This document shows, piece by piece, positions 36,887 to 45,528 of a DNA stretch of 64,000 nt; position 1 is the stretch's first letter; every line of letters begins with the position of its first letter. The DNA is from Parcubacteria group bacterium (GTDB taxonomy: Bacteria > Patescibacteriota > Minisyncoccia > Phycocordibacterales > UBA2135): NCBI GenBank assembly GCA_016180525.1, contig JACPBB010000001.1:169180-233179 (forward strand), read 5' to 3'. The translations under genes and the position numbers were made by a program. A model generated the notes under the pieces. The model searched no databases, was not told the DNA's origin, and saw nothing but the letters and a program-made list of their open reading frames with translations.

Positions 36887-36964
36887 TAGGCTTTAGGATT
36901 TAGGCTTTAGGCTTTAGGAGTTTCTGTTTTCCTAATGCCTAGCGCCTAACGCCTAGTGCCTTAA
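36887..36964. repeat. Intergenic imperfect-palindrome element, copy 2 (TAGGCTT-TAGGATT-TAGGCTT-TAGGCTT-TAGG / loop / TAATGCC-TAGCGCC-TAACGCC-TAGTGCC)
   Basis: Starts 6 nt upstream of the mgtC-like ATG (36881) and ends about 27 nt after the Cas4-like gene stop (36991). Confidence 0.8.
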
Positions 36965-36990
36965 TTTATTAATTGTACCAAACCCTATTC

Positions 36991-37806
36991 CTAAAACAAT
37001 GTGTCTTTCTTTTTTGTTTTTGAAGAAGGCAACTGTTTGTTGAATTTTGCCGCTCTTTGTATTATTTCCACTGCTGCGTTTCTATATGAGCAAAAATCAC
37101 AGTCAGGAGATGCTTTTGGAACCTCATCACCCATAAGACAGTTTCGTGCCTTAACGAGAGTGTCGGAAACCCAGTCGTCTTTTCCTGTGTAAGGAATCAC
37201 TGTCACGTCAAATTCAAGTTTGCCATCAAACGCTTCTCTGTCACGGAGGGCATTTGCATAAACAAAATATCCCGTGGAAGAAACTTTAAAATCGTTTTGT
37301 CTGAAAAGCCACTGATATATTTCCATCTGCCGCTTGTAGCCGTCTTGCCATTTCGCATCAAGCGTAATCTCATCATTTTTACTTGTCGCTTTGTAATCAA
37401 CGATGTGTAACTCCTCTTTGGGCGTAACCCAAACATCATCAATTGCTCCGAACACAAAAAAATTGCTCTCTGTATGAAGATACGAAACCCCTTTAAACGT
37501 GTCTCGCCATTTTTCTATATCTCTATGCTCAAAAGGAATTGCATCAATCTTATAAACTTTCATAAGTGGATGCGCTTCATTTTTTGCTCGATGCGCGTCA
37601 AACTCTTTTTTAAGAAGCGTATCAACCGCGCTGTTTAAAGTAAACGGGAATCCTGGAGGTCTTCCAACTCCCAATCGTCGGTCAATATAAAAACAACGCG
37701 GACATTCTAAAAACAGGTCTATTTTGGAGCGGCTTAATTTAAATGGCTCCGTACTATCGGGGTCAAATAAATTTCTTGAACGTTTGGGATTATAATATTG
37801 GCTCAT
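36991..37806 (-). CDS. Cas4/RecB-like PD-(D/E)XK nuclease with Fe-S cysteines (standalone)
   Basis: N-terminal …LECPRCFY…, core …GAIDDVWV…IVDYKAT… (D/E-x-K), RecB-family QhxxY (QMEIYQWLF), C-terminal C-x11-C-x2-C. Confidence 0.65.
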   Translation of the reverse strand: MSQYYNPKRSRNLFDPDSTEPFKLSRSKIDLFLECPRCFYIDRRLGVGRPPGFPFTLNSAVDTLLKKEFDAHRAKNEAHPLMKVYKIDAIPFEHRDIEKWRDTFKGVSYLHTESNFFVFGAIDDVWVTPKEELHIVDYKATSKNDEITLDAKWQDGYKRQMEIYQWLFRQNDFKVSSTGYFVYANALRDREAFDGKLEFDVTVIPYTGKDDWVSDTLVKARNCLMGDEVPKASPDCDFCSYRNAAVEIIQRAAKFNKQLPSSKTKKKDTLF

Positions 37807-37897
37807 AACTCATATCACGCAAATCGTGTAATTTGCAACACAAGATTTACGATTATTCTTTTGAGTATAACACGAGGAAAATTTTAAATGAAGAAAA

Positions 37898-37928
37898 ATG
37901 AAAAAAGCGCCCACCGGAGGTGGGCGCC
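37898..37928 (-). terminator. Intrinsic terminator of rpmF (9-bp GC-rich stem + T7 on minus strand)
   Basis: aaaaaagcgcccaccggaggtgggcgcc on the plus strand. Confidence 0.75.
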
Positions 37929-37946
37929 AAGAAAATGAACGGGCTA

Positions 37947-38075
37947 CTACTTTTTTTTGCTCTTGCCCTTGGACGTGATGTGACCCCGGAATTCGTGTTT
38001 CCGGTGCTTTTGGCCCCGGTATCGCGGATCCTGCCGGGCCTTGCGGCGACTCGCCTTACACTGTTGCGCGGTCAT
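37947..38075 (-). CDS. rpmF: 50S ribosomal protein L32 (short form), not in ORF track (<60 aa)
   Basis: Minus-strand 42-aa ORF MTAQQCKASRRKARQDPRYRGQKHRKHEFRGHITSKGKSKKK. Compare bL32 MAVQQNK.SRSKR…GEKHLRHHIT. AGGA sits 8 nt upstream. A strong terminator follows (GCGCCCACC-GGA-GGTGGGCGC + T-run on the minus strand at 37898-37928). Confidence 0.5.
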   Translation of the reverse strand: MTAQQCKASRRKARQDPRYRGQKHRKHEFRGHITSKGKSKKK

Positions 38076-38240
38076 GGGAGTATCCTTTCTTCTTTTCCAA
38101 GTAATTGTTGAACCAAGTTAAATTATATCAAATATAATTAAAAAGTCAAGCACACTTGACTTTTTAGAGAAAATATGCTATTTTAGATAAAGTTCTTTTT
38201 GTGGGATTCGCGAAGGGTAAAATAAGGAGGAGCCAGAGTC

Positions 38241-38786
38241 ATGAGTGTCATTTTAACTCTTCTTCGGTGGAATCAGCCCCTTCACCGATGCAAAGAATTC
38301 AAAACAGAAGAAGACCTCGTAAAAGAATTCGGTCGGCGCAGTGGCGGGGTCTCATTTTCAGAGCGTGAAGTCCGAAATGTAGCACGCCGCATTGTCAGCG
38401 CCTTGAGTCAGACTTGCGTTGCTGAGCAGGTTGCGAAAGAATGGGGTTCGCTCCCCTCCATGCTCCAGCGCTACATTATGCAGATCGGAAACGAGGGCGG
38501 ACATTCTGGCAATGTTGGAAAGGGGTTCGCCTATCTTGACCAACTGCTTGGCGGAACAATCCGCCGTGCGCCGGATACCGACGTCACTGAACGGCGACTT
38601 CGCGTGTACGACGGAGTGCTCATCTCGGAGCGCCATCGCATAGATCCGGCACGGGCTCGCGCTCAAGCCCTCTACGCAAATACGGAACGGCCGGCAAATT
38701 ACGACTCTCTGTCAAAGCGAGAAAAGAAACAGATTGACCGAGAGTTGACACTAGCGCGAAAAGAAATGCGCCAACAAAAACGATAA
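38241..38786 (+). CDS. hypothetical protein, GC-rich
   Basis: 181 aa; strong RBS AAGGAGG 8 nt upstream; TTGACT-N17-TATTTT promoter-like upstream; no recognised family. Confidence 0.5.
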   Translation: MSVILTLLRWNQPLHRCKEFKTEEDLVKEFGRRSGGVSFSEREVRNVARRIVSALSQTCVAEQVAKEWGSLPSMLQRYIMQIGNEGGHSGNVGKGFAYLDQLLGGTIRRAPDTDVTERRLRVYDGVLISERHRIDPARARAQALYANTERPANYDSLSKREKKQIDRELTLARKEMRQQKR

Positions 38787-38820
38787 GTTTCTTCCATACG
38801 ACCAGCCAAGGAGAAACACT

Positions 38821-39054
38821 ATGACGTGCATCTACTGCGACCATCCCGTACGGAGTGGCGGTGACCGCCACAAGAAAGGGCACTGCCCGGCAAAAGCAGG
38901 ACCATGGGGCAACCGCCACGCAAGACGAGGAGAACGGCGAAAGCGTCAAGGCCTTCCAAATAAGGTCAACCGCGTCGTCGAGCGAGGCAGCGCTCCCGTC
39001 ACCGTCACCCTCGGAAGTAAGGGTGATAGGCGGAGAAGGAAGCAGAAGAAGTAA
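38821..39054 (+). CDS. hypothetical small basic Cys/His-containing protein, GC-rich
   Basis: 77 aa MTCIYCDHPVRSGGDRHKKGHCPAK…RRRRKQKK; RBS AAGGAG; followed by a terminator. Confidence 0.45.
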   Translation: MTCIYCDHPVRSGGDRHKKGHCPAKAGPWGNRHARRGERRKRQGLPNKVNRVVERGSAPVTVTLGSKGDRRRRKQKK

Positions 39055-39071
39055 TCAACTGCTCCTCACTT

Positions 39072-39102
39072 AAAAGGCGATCCTGTCGGATCGCCTTTTT
39101 CC
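39072..39102. terminator. Bidirectional intrinsic terminator (AAAAGGCGATCC-TGTC-GGATCGCCTTTT)
   Basis: Perfect 12-bp stem between convergent genes. Confidence 0.8.
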
Positions 39103-39111
39103 TTAGTTACT

Positions 39112-39684
39112 TTAGCGAGAATATAAACCGATCAATTCTGCCTTCTCCAACACATGCCCCATCATTGCCTCCTCAAGGGCCCCTTTATCTGTCTCTTTAG
39201 AAAGATTAAGTTCCGCATCAAGCGCGTAGAGTTTAAAGAAATAACGATGCTCTCCATCTGGAGGGCACGGCCCACCGTATCCGGGTTTTCCGAAATTCGT
39301 CATTCCCTCTACCGCACCCTTAGGCACGCTGTTTTCTTTTATTTCTTTTGTGCCAGGAGATATGTTCCATAGAGTCCAATGCACCCAAAGTCCCACAGGA
39401 GCATCTGGATCATCCATAATAAGCGCGAGTGTTTTTGTCCCATTTGGAATATTAGAAAACGAAAGAGGCAGACTCACATTTTCCCCATCACACGTATATT
39501 TTTGAGGAATAATTTCGTTGTGTTTAAACGCCGAGCTTTCAATTTTCATATTTCCTAATTTAGTATTCGTAATGAGTGCACTATTAAATATAACATACAA
39601 TAAAGTAAGTGTAAGTACAATGCTACTTAAAATGACAGCTGCTCGCATATCATCTGTTAGTTTAACATAATTCTTTACAAGCAA
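39112..39684 (-). CDS. YbhB/YbcL-family phosphatidylethanolamine-binding (PEBP) protein, membrane-anchored
   Basis: …LALIMDDPDAPVGLWVHWTLWNI… and …GYGGPCPPDGEHRYFFKLYALD… are PEBP signatures. Confidence 0.85.
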   Translation of the reverse strand: MLVKNYVKLTDDMRAAVILSSIVLTLTLLYVIFNSALITNTKLGNMKIESSAFKHNEIIPQKYTCDGENVSLPLSFSNIPNGTKTLALIMDDPDAPVGLWVHWTLWNISPGTKEIKENSVPKGAVEGMTNFGKPGYGGPCPPDGEHRYFFKLYALDAELNLSKETDKGALEEAMMGHVLEKAELIGLYSR

Positions 39685-39700
39685 TCATGTTTTTGTTTAA

Positions 39701-39883
39701 ATGCAGGTAGTATCCACAAGGATGGTCTCTATGAATATCCGGGAGTTTGGTTGTGCTATGTTACGCATGTGGAGAGTCGTGCGTGGACCGCTTGCCACAT
39801 TCTGTTTCCTTATATTTGTATTATTTATAGTCGTTCTGGTAATGCAGTTTGCCGGAGCCGTAAGGCCTTCAATCCCTCTATAA
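39701..39883 (+). CDS. possible small hydrophobic protein (60 aa)
   Basis: ORF followed at once by a plus-strand hairpin + T-run (39889-39925) that overlaps the 3' end of ogt. Confidence 0.25.
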   Translation: MQVVSTRMVSMNIREFGCAMLRMWRVVRGPLATFCFLIFVLFIVVLVMQFAGAVRPSIPL

Positions 39884-40141
39884 CAGTAAAGCGCCTTCTT
39901 TTTTGAGAAGCGCTTTTTTCTTTTGTATTCCCCTATTGTAGCCACCAAGCGTGCCATTTGATTTAATAACCCGATGGCACGGAATAGCGGGGTCGTAATT
40001 TTTTGAAAGAATCCGACCGACAGCGCGATACGCAAGTGGCGCGCCAGCACGGCGCGCCACTTCTTTATAGGTAAGTATTTCCCCTCTCGGAATTTTTTTC
40101 ACCACCTCAAAAACACATCTGGTAAATCGTGTTTTGTTCAT
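39878..40141 (-). CDS. ogt: methylated-DNA--protein-cysteine methyltransferase, short single-domain form
   Basis: 87 aa; active-site IPCHRVI and the HTH …YKEVARRAGAPLAYRAVGRIL…. Confidence 0.85.
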   Translation of the reverse strand: MNKTRFTRCVFEVVKKIPRGEILTYKEVARRAGAPLAYRAVGRILSKNYDPAIPCHRVIKSNGTLGGYNRGIQKKKALLKKEGALLL

Positions 40142-40403
40142 ATTCCGTGAGTGCGTATTCTATTGCCGTGCTGATTTAAATGCCGAGAGAATATTCGCAA
40201 AGAAATTGTTCCTCTCGCGAGATGATATAGGCGAAGCACTCTGCGCTTTGCATCGCGTGCAGAGATTGTAGTTTTGAGAATCGGGTGACCCCACATAAGA
40301 ACATTCTGGAACAGTAGTAAAGTTAGCACACAACTCCGGCGTAACAGGAATATACCTATGGCTAATAATTTTCTATTTGTGGTTATTAAGATGCTCATAT
40401 TTT

Positions 40404-40646
40404 TTATCTTAACGGATTGTTATATTTAAATGGATTTGCCCGGTCAAGAGGATTTATTTCCGGTACGTCTTCTCCGGGATTAGTTTGAATTTGGGGAACT
40501 GATTCGCTTACATCTTTTGCTGTTTCAACGACACCAACAGGAGGCTTTTCTTTTTGAAATACATACCAAAGACCTACAGCTATAATAAGAAGAACGATAA
40601 CGCCGCCTGCGATTATTTTTGGATCTGTTTTTGATTGTGATTCCAT
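40404..40646 (-). CDS. small single-pass membrane protein with C-terminal NPxx/NPF motifs (paralogue of 43291..43554)
   Basis: 80 aa: charged N-terminus, TM helix IIAGGVIVLLIIAVGLWYVF, tail …TNPGEDVPEINPLDRANPFKYNNPLR. Confidence 0.55.
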   Translation of the reverse strand: MESQSKTDPKIIAGGVIVLLIIAVGLWYVFQKEKPPVGVVETAKDVSESVPQIQTNPGEDVPEINPLDRANPFKYNNPLR

Positions 40647-40701
40647 AATTAAATTAGATATTTATTCTATTAAACAATCTACCTTTCATGCAACCTTCCC
40701 A

Positions 40702-43197
40702 TCAACGAAACAATGGATTAAAAGCGGAGAGAATATTGGCAAATATAGTTAATACGTCGAGAGATGATGTGGGCGGAGGTGGGGGTGGCTGTGAGAAATC
40801 TCCTGGGGGAGACGTGAAACTGCCGCTTGTCCCCCCATCAAAACTGCCTGTTGGCGGAGGCGGCACAAACGAACTGCTTCCTTCAAAGCTTCCGCTTGGT
40901 GGCGGTGGTACAAAAGTTCCTTCCTGATGAAATTCTCCACTTGGAGAACCTCCCGGTGGTGGAGGAGTAAACCCAGCATCGGGCTGAGTAAAGCTTCCTT
41001 CTGGAGGATGCGAAAAGTCTCCTGGTGGCGAAGCAAATGAACCGGGGTTAAAACTACCGCTCGTCCCGCCGCCAAAACTTCCCGGTGGCGGAGGAGCAAA
41101 CCTATCATCAGGCTGGGTAAAGCTTCCTGAGTGGTCTTCAAAACTTCCCGTTGGTGAAAAAGTATTCGGTTGGGGAGCAAAGTTACCAGTTGCGGGTGGC
41201 TGAGTAAAACTTCCTCCAGGGGGATGCGGAAAATTGCCATCAGGCGGAGTAAAACTTCCGGGTTGAGGAAAGCCATGAAACTTACCACGGTCCTCACCGC
41301 TTCCGTCAAATCCATCACGCCCGCCGGGGAAACCACCTGGCTGAAAACCTGGAAATTCACTCGATTCAAATTCATCACCTTCGTTGCCTTCCCTTCTCGG
41401 AAATCCAAAGCCTGGCGGTGGAGGAAGACCGCGGAATTGACCATCTTCGCCATCTCTTTGAAATCTATCCTGATCAAGAAATTGTTCTGGAAGTGGAGCG
41501 GAGTGTCCTTCTCGTTCAAACTGCGCTCGCTGTTCGTCCGAAATTTGAAATTCTTCTCCTTCATGAAAGCCTTCACGAAATCCTTGACCCTGAATGAAAT
41601 CACCTTGTTGTGGAATTCTGCCCTGCTCAAATTCCCCTCTCAGTTGCTTAAATTGCTCAAATCGCGACTTAAACTGCTCCTCAACCTTACTTCGCTCTTC
41701 CGGAGGAATATTTTCAAACCCTGGTGGAAATCCACCCTCACCCGAGGGACCAAAACCCTGTCCAGGAAACCCTTGAGGACCACCACCCGAAAAGCCAGAA
41801 GGACCAAATCCTTGTGGGCTGCCAGGTCCAAATCCTTGAGGGTTAAAACCTCCCGGACCGGGTGGGCCAAAACCTCCTTGAGGCCCACGTGGTCCAAAAT
41901 GCTCAACTTCAATAAATTGACGGAGCGACTGTTCGGCTTCGTCAGGAGAAAGAAATCCTTCATTGACTGCAAATGCGGCGCACTCATCAAAATGTGAAGT
42001 GTCCGTGCAATATGTCCGACATTCCCTCTCTCCGCGACACCCACCAGGTCCGCCTTGCTCCTCTACTTTCTTTTCAATATTCTTAAACTTTTCAATGCGC
42101 TCTAACTCTCCCGGCGGCAACAGATTGTTGTTTTTTGCAAATTCAAAACATTGCTCGCGATTGTCGGGATTATTGCAAAATGCCTCACATTCTCTTCCTT
42201 TACACCCACCAGGACCGCCATGTTCCTCAACGACACTTACAAAGCGATTAATTTCTTCAAACTCCTCATCATTCATAAAACCTTGTGCATGCGCAAAATT
42301 AAGACACTCCCGTTCATGCCCAGGCGCTTCACAGTATGCCTCACATGCTCTCCCACGACATCCGCCAGGGCCTTCAGCGCTTGACAGTCGTTTAAATTTT
42401 TCGGCTTCCGCGGGGTCCATGAGCCCGTGCTCTATTGCGAAATTGAAACAGACCTCTTCGTTTCCTGCCGTTGAGCAAAACTCTTCACATGCGTCAAAAT
42501 CTTCACAACCACCAGGTCCACCGCCTAATTCAGCAAGAACTTGTGCGGCCCTTGATTCATCTATTCGTGGCCCTCCAGGACCAGGACCTCCTCTTCGCGA
42601 AGCCTGTGGACCAAACTCACCTGCTCCTCTAAACCCTCCTGCTTCATTGTTTAAAAATGATTTTATTTGCCGAGCTTGTTCAGCAGTCATGTGTCCTTCA
42701 GCAACGGCAAAATCAATACATTCAATTTGATTTCCCGGCTCACTGCAAAAATCCCGACATTCCTCTTCGCCACGACATCCGCCAGGGCCACCTCGCGCTT
42801 GTTGTTCTCTAATTCTAGCTGCTTCCTCGGATGATATATGACCGTGTTCTACGCCATATTGAAGACATTCGTCCGAGTGAGCCGGGTCGTTGCAATATGA
42901 AAAACATTCGTTTTCATCCGAGCACCCACCAGGACCTTCTCTAACTTCAACATCCCGGGGCTCCTCTACCTCAATGCCATGTTCATTTGCCCAAGTGATG
43001 CATACATTTTCGTTGTCAGGATTATCACAAAACGTGTGACATTCTTCTAGATTGGTGCAGTTGCCAAGTTCGGCAATTGGAAATTCTATATCAAATGGAT
43101 TTTGCGCGTGCGCAGCAAACGCGAATGCAAAAAGAAAGACAACAACAGGAACGGCTATAAAAAATAAAATAGTGAGTTTGTGTTTAAAAGAATTCAT
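40702..43197 (-). CDS. large secreted protein: signal peptide + seven tandem about 45-aa 4-Cys repeats (GGPGGC-x5-C-x3-C-x7-C-x2-FA…G…EA) + about 450-aa Gly/Pro/Phe/Gln/Glu-rich disordered tail
   Basis: 831 aa; signal MNSFKHKLTILFFIAVPVVVFLFAFAFAAHA; repeats such as PGGCRGEEECRDFCSEPGNQIECIDFAVAEGHMTAEQARQIKSF. Tail holds GSFTQP and PPPPxGSF repeats and ends hydrophobic (…LDVLTIFANILSAFNPLFR). Confidence 0.8.
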   Translation of the reverse strand: MNSFKHKLTILFFIAVPVVVFLFAFAFAAHAQNPFDIEFPIAELGNCTNLEECHTFCDNPDNENVCITWANEHGIEVEEPRDVEVREGPGGCSDENECFSYCNDPAHSDECLQYGVEHGHISSEEAARIREQQARGGPGGCRGEEECRDFCSEPGNQIECIDFAVAEGHMTAEQARQIKSFLNNEAGGFRGAGEFGPQASRRGGPGPGGPRIDESRAAQVLAELGGGPGGCEDFDACEEFCSTAGNEEVCFNFAIEHGLMDPAEAEKFKRLSSAEGPGGCRGRACEAYCEAPGHERECLNFAHAQGFMNDEEFEEINRFVSVVEEHGGPGGCKGRECEAFCNNPDNREQCFEFAKNNNLLPPGELERIEKFKNIEKKVEEQGGPGGCRGERECRTYCTDTSHFDECAAFAVNEGFLSPDEAEQSLRQFIEVEHFGPRGPQGGFGPPGPGGFNPQGFGPGSPQGFGPSGFSGGGPQGFPGQGFGPSGEGGFPPGFENIPPEERSKVEEQFKSRFEQFKQLRGEFEQGRIPQQGDFIQGQGFREGFHEGEEFQISDEQRAQFEREGHSAPLPEQFLDQDRFQRDGEDGQFRGLPPPPGFGFPRREGNEGDEFESSEFPGFQPGGFPGGRDGFDGSGEDRGKFHGFPQPGSFTPPDGNFPHPPGGSFTQPPATGNFAPQPNTFSPTGSFEDHSGSFTQPDDRFAPPPPGSFGGGTSGSFNPGSFASPPGDFSHPPEGSFTQPDAGFTPPPPGGSPSGEFHQEGTFVPPPPSGSFEGSSSFVPPPPTGSFDGGTSGSFTSPPGDFSQPPPPPPTSSLDVLTIFANILSAFNPLFR

Positions 43198-43201
43198 GTG
43201 T

Positions 43202-43287
43202 TTAGGCTCTAGGTGGTTAGGCCTTAGGCTTTAGGAATATTAGAAGTTTTTATTTTTCTAATGCCTAGTGCCTAGCGCCCAATGCCT
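43202..43287. repeat. Intergenic imperfect-palindrome element, copy 3
   Basis: TTAGGCTC-TAGGTGG-TTAGGCC-TTAGGCT-TTAGG / AT-rich loop / TAATGCC-TAGTGCC-TAGCGCC-CAATGCC. Starts 5 nt upstream of the 43197 ATG. Confidence 0.8.
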
Positions 43288-43290
43288 CAT

Positions 43291-43554
43291 TTACTGTTGA
43301 AACGGATTAGTTACGGCTCCTTCAAAAGGGTTTTTGTATCCTTCTTCAAAGGGATTCACTGTTTCCGCAAACGGGTTTGCCGCCTCCGCAATCGCCTCTT
43401 GCGCGGCTTTTTTTTCTGCCTCAACGGCTGCTGCCTGTTCTGCCACATATGCCTTTTTCCCTTGCAAAACTCCAATAAAATAACCGCCCCCCGCACCAAC
43501 AAGAAGCGCGACAATCGCTGCGATAATTAATTTGTTTTGTGGATGGTCTTCCAT
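43291..43554 (-). CDS. small single-pass membrane protein with four C-terminal NPF motifs
   Basis: 87 aa; TM LIIAAIVALLVGAGGGYFIGVL, an Ala/Glu-rich helix, tail …ANPFAETVNPFEEGYKNPFEGAVTNPFQQ. Confidence 0.55.
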   Translation of the reverse strand: MEDHPQNKLIIAAIVALLVGAGGGYFIGVLQGKKAYVAEQAAAVEAEKKAAQEAIAEAANPFAETVNPFEEGYKNPFEGAVTNPFQQ

Positions 43555-43751
43555 AATAAAAAAGAAATCTAAGCGATTTTATGCTTAAAATCACACAGAA
43601 TTAATAAAAATAATAATAGATTTATACCTTATATCATTATACCCCCTATGTATTATTATTAACAACATTATCCACAGATATAATCTAAAAAATAAAGAAA
43701 AAGAAGCCGCATAAGGCTTCTTTGACTACGCAATATTACATGTGCGTCCTA

Positions 43752-43982
43752 TTATCGTGAATATACAGGAACAGGGCCGGCGCCGGTGACTTCCGGCTGT
43801 CCGCGAAACGCGTTTGCCCAGCGCACTTCCGTGCCTTTGGGGACAGTAATAAAATAAAAATCTCCTGAAACGCACACCTTGCCGAACTCAAGGCCAAAAT
43901 CTTTCACTATTTGCTCCACCACTTTGCCGGCAACGTTTGTTTTGCAAGTTACCACAATTTTTCCAGAACCGCTCTTCGCCAT
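43752..43982 (-). CDS. hypothetical small protein downstream of mnmA
   Basis: 76 aa; no confident family. Confidence 0.4.
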   Translation of the reverse strand: MAKSGSGKIVVTCKTNVAGKVVEQIVKDFGLEFGKVCVSGDFYFITVPKGTEVRWANAFRGQPEVTGAGPVPVYSR

Positions 43983-44036
43983 TCCCTTTTTACCCCGTGT
44001 TACATATCTGCCGGCATTCTAGCAAGAGTTATCATG

Positions 44037-45152
44037 TTACACAATAATACCTCCGCCGAGACATTCTTCTCCGCTATAGAGCACCAGCGATTGGCCCGGG
44101 GTCACCGCTTCCTGCCCATTTTCAAAAAGTATCTTGTATCTTGCCTGCCCCGCACCGAGCTTTGCTCTGGTGTCTGGGGTATCTTGTATCTTGTATCTTA
44201 CTTTTTGCAATGGCTGTCGGTACCGAGTCCGTGCCATATATGTTTTATTAGTATTGGGCGAGTTTCCGGAAACCCAATTAACATCCTGTAAGACAACTTC
44301 TTTCGCGGCGCTTTCTTCAATTTTTTTATGAGAAACGGTAATGATATTTTTTCCAATATCTTTTCCAACAATGTAATATGGTTTATCGTGTGGTGTTTTT
44401 TTGGTAATCGTAAACCCATGCCGCTGTCCGATTGTTAAGAAAAATACCCCGTCGTGATGCCCGATTATTTCCCCTTTTTCATTTACCACATCACCTCTTT
44501 TTTCTTTTATATAATGTTTCAAAAACTCTTTCATGTCCATTTTGCCGACAAAACAAAGCCCTTGACTTTCTTTTCGCTCCGCATTGGGAAGTTCAAATTT
44601 TCTCGCCAACTCCCGCACTTCTGGTTTATTGTATATTCCAACCGGAAAAAGAGTCCGATTTAACTGATCTTGAGTAAGAGTCCAGAGAAAATAACTCTGA
44701 TCTTTATTTAAATCAATGCCCGTCAAGAGTTTATATTGCCCATCTATACCTTCCTCTGTCCGTGCATAATGCCCCGTTGCAATCATATCTGCTCCCATAT
44801 CTTTTGCCTTTTTTAAAAACGCCCCAAATTTAATTGTTTTGTTGCACATAACATCAGGATTCGGCGTTCTTCCTTTTTTGTATTCAGAAATCATATAATC
44901 AATCACTTCTTCTTTGTATTCTTTTTCAAAATCAAATGTAAGAAATGGAATACCGATGTGCGCGGCAGCACGCATCGCATCCAATCTATCATCCCCTCTT
45001 TCGCACTCCAAAAAGTCCGGTTGCCAAACCTTCATAAAAACTCCCGTCACATCATAGCCTTCTTTTTTGAGTAATGCCACAGAGACAGAAGAATCCACAC
45101 CTCCGCTCATCGCTACAAATACCTTTTTCTTTTGCTTATTCATACCAAACAT
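44037..45152 (-). CDS. mnmA: tRNA-specific 2-thiouridylase
   Basis: PP-loop SGGVDSS, catalytic Cys context and C-terminal barrel; full-length collinearity. Two short 7-mer tandem repeats (AAGATAC)x3 and x2 lie in the 3' coding region at 44136-44200. Confidence 0.9.
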   Translation of the reverse strand: MFGMNKQKKKVFVAMSGGVDSSVSVALLKKEGYDVTGVFMKVWQPDFLECERGDDRLDAMRAAAHIGIPFLTFDFEKEYKEEVIDYMISEYKKGRTPNPDVMCNKTIKFGAFLKKAKDMGADMIATGHYARTEEGIDGQYKLLTGIDLNKDQSYFLWTLTQDQLNRTLFPVGIYNKPEVRELARKFELPNAERKESQGLCFVGKMDMKEFLKHYIKEKRGDVVNEKGEIIGHHDGVFFLTIGQRHGFTITKKTPHDKPYYIVGKDIGKNIITVSHKKIEESAAKEVVLQDVNWVSGNSPNTNKTYMARTRYRQPLQKVRYKIQDTPDTRAKLGAGQARYKILFENGQEAVTPGQSLVLYSGEECLGGGIIV

Positions 45153-45187
45153 GATACATATATTATAGAAAAGAAAAAGAGATTTTT

Positions 45188-45517
45188 GTGATGAGCCTTA
45201 AAGAACTCCTGTGGGCTAAACCAGTACCTATAAAAGAAATTTTAAATCTTTGGGAAGAAGTCCGTTACAAAAAAACTGAAGGAGAATTTAAAAAATTGCA
45301 CATTACTTTTCGCTTGTATGAAGTGTTGTGTTTCTTATGCCTTGGATACGCGGCCTATGCATTGATGCTGATTGTAGCGGGATTTATATACATTCCATTT
45401 GAAAAAATGCCGTGGTGGGACGTTGCGTTTGATGGTTTTCAAATGTTCTGCGCATATCGCGTTATGGTCTATGGGATAAATAGAACCGCGGAAATGCTCG
45501 GCTACAAAAAAGAATAA
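45188..45517 (+). CDS. hypothetical membrane protein
   Basis: 109 aa with a central hydrophobic segment. Confidence 0.4.
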   Translation: MMSLKELLWAKPVPIKEILNLWEEVRYKKTEGEFKKLHITFRLYEVLCFLCLGYAAYALMLIVAGFIYIPFEKMPWWDVAFDGFQMFCAYRVMVYGINRTAEMLGYKKE

Positions 45518-45528
45518 ATAAAAACTCG

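Noticed and set aside
37898-38111. GC-rich 200-nt segment first considered as a structured ncRNA (SRP/6S-like), and the 63-aa plus-strand ORF 37920..38111
   Set aside because: No SRP/6S/RNase P consensus motifs were found. The minus strand instead encodes a bL32-like 42-aa protein with RBS and terminator, and the plus-strand ORF is its antisense artefact.
39697-40050. 117-aa minus-strand ORF
   Set aside because: It overlaps the well-supported ogt gene (39878..40141) and has no homology or RBS; spurious.
40138-40398. 86-aa minus-strand ORF upstream of ogt
   Set aside because: Arg/Leu-rich low-complexity translation with no start context. The region is more likely the ogt leader or promoter.
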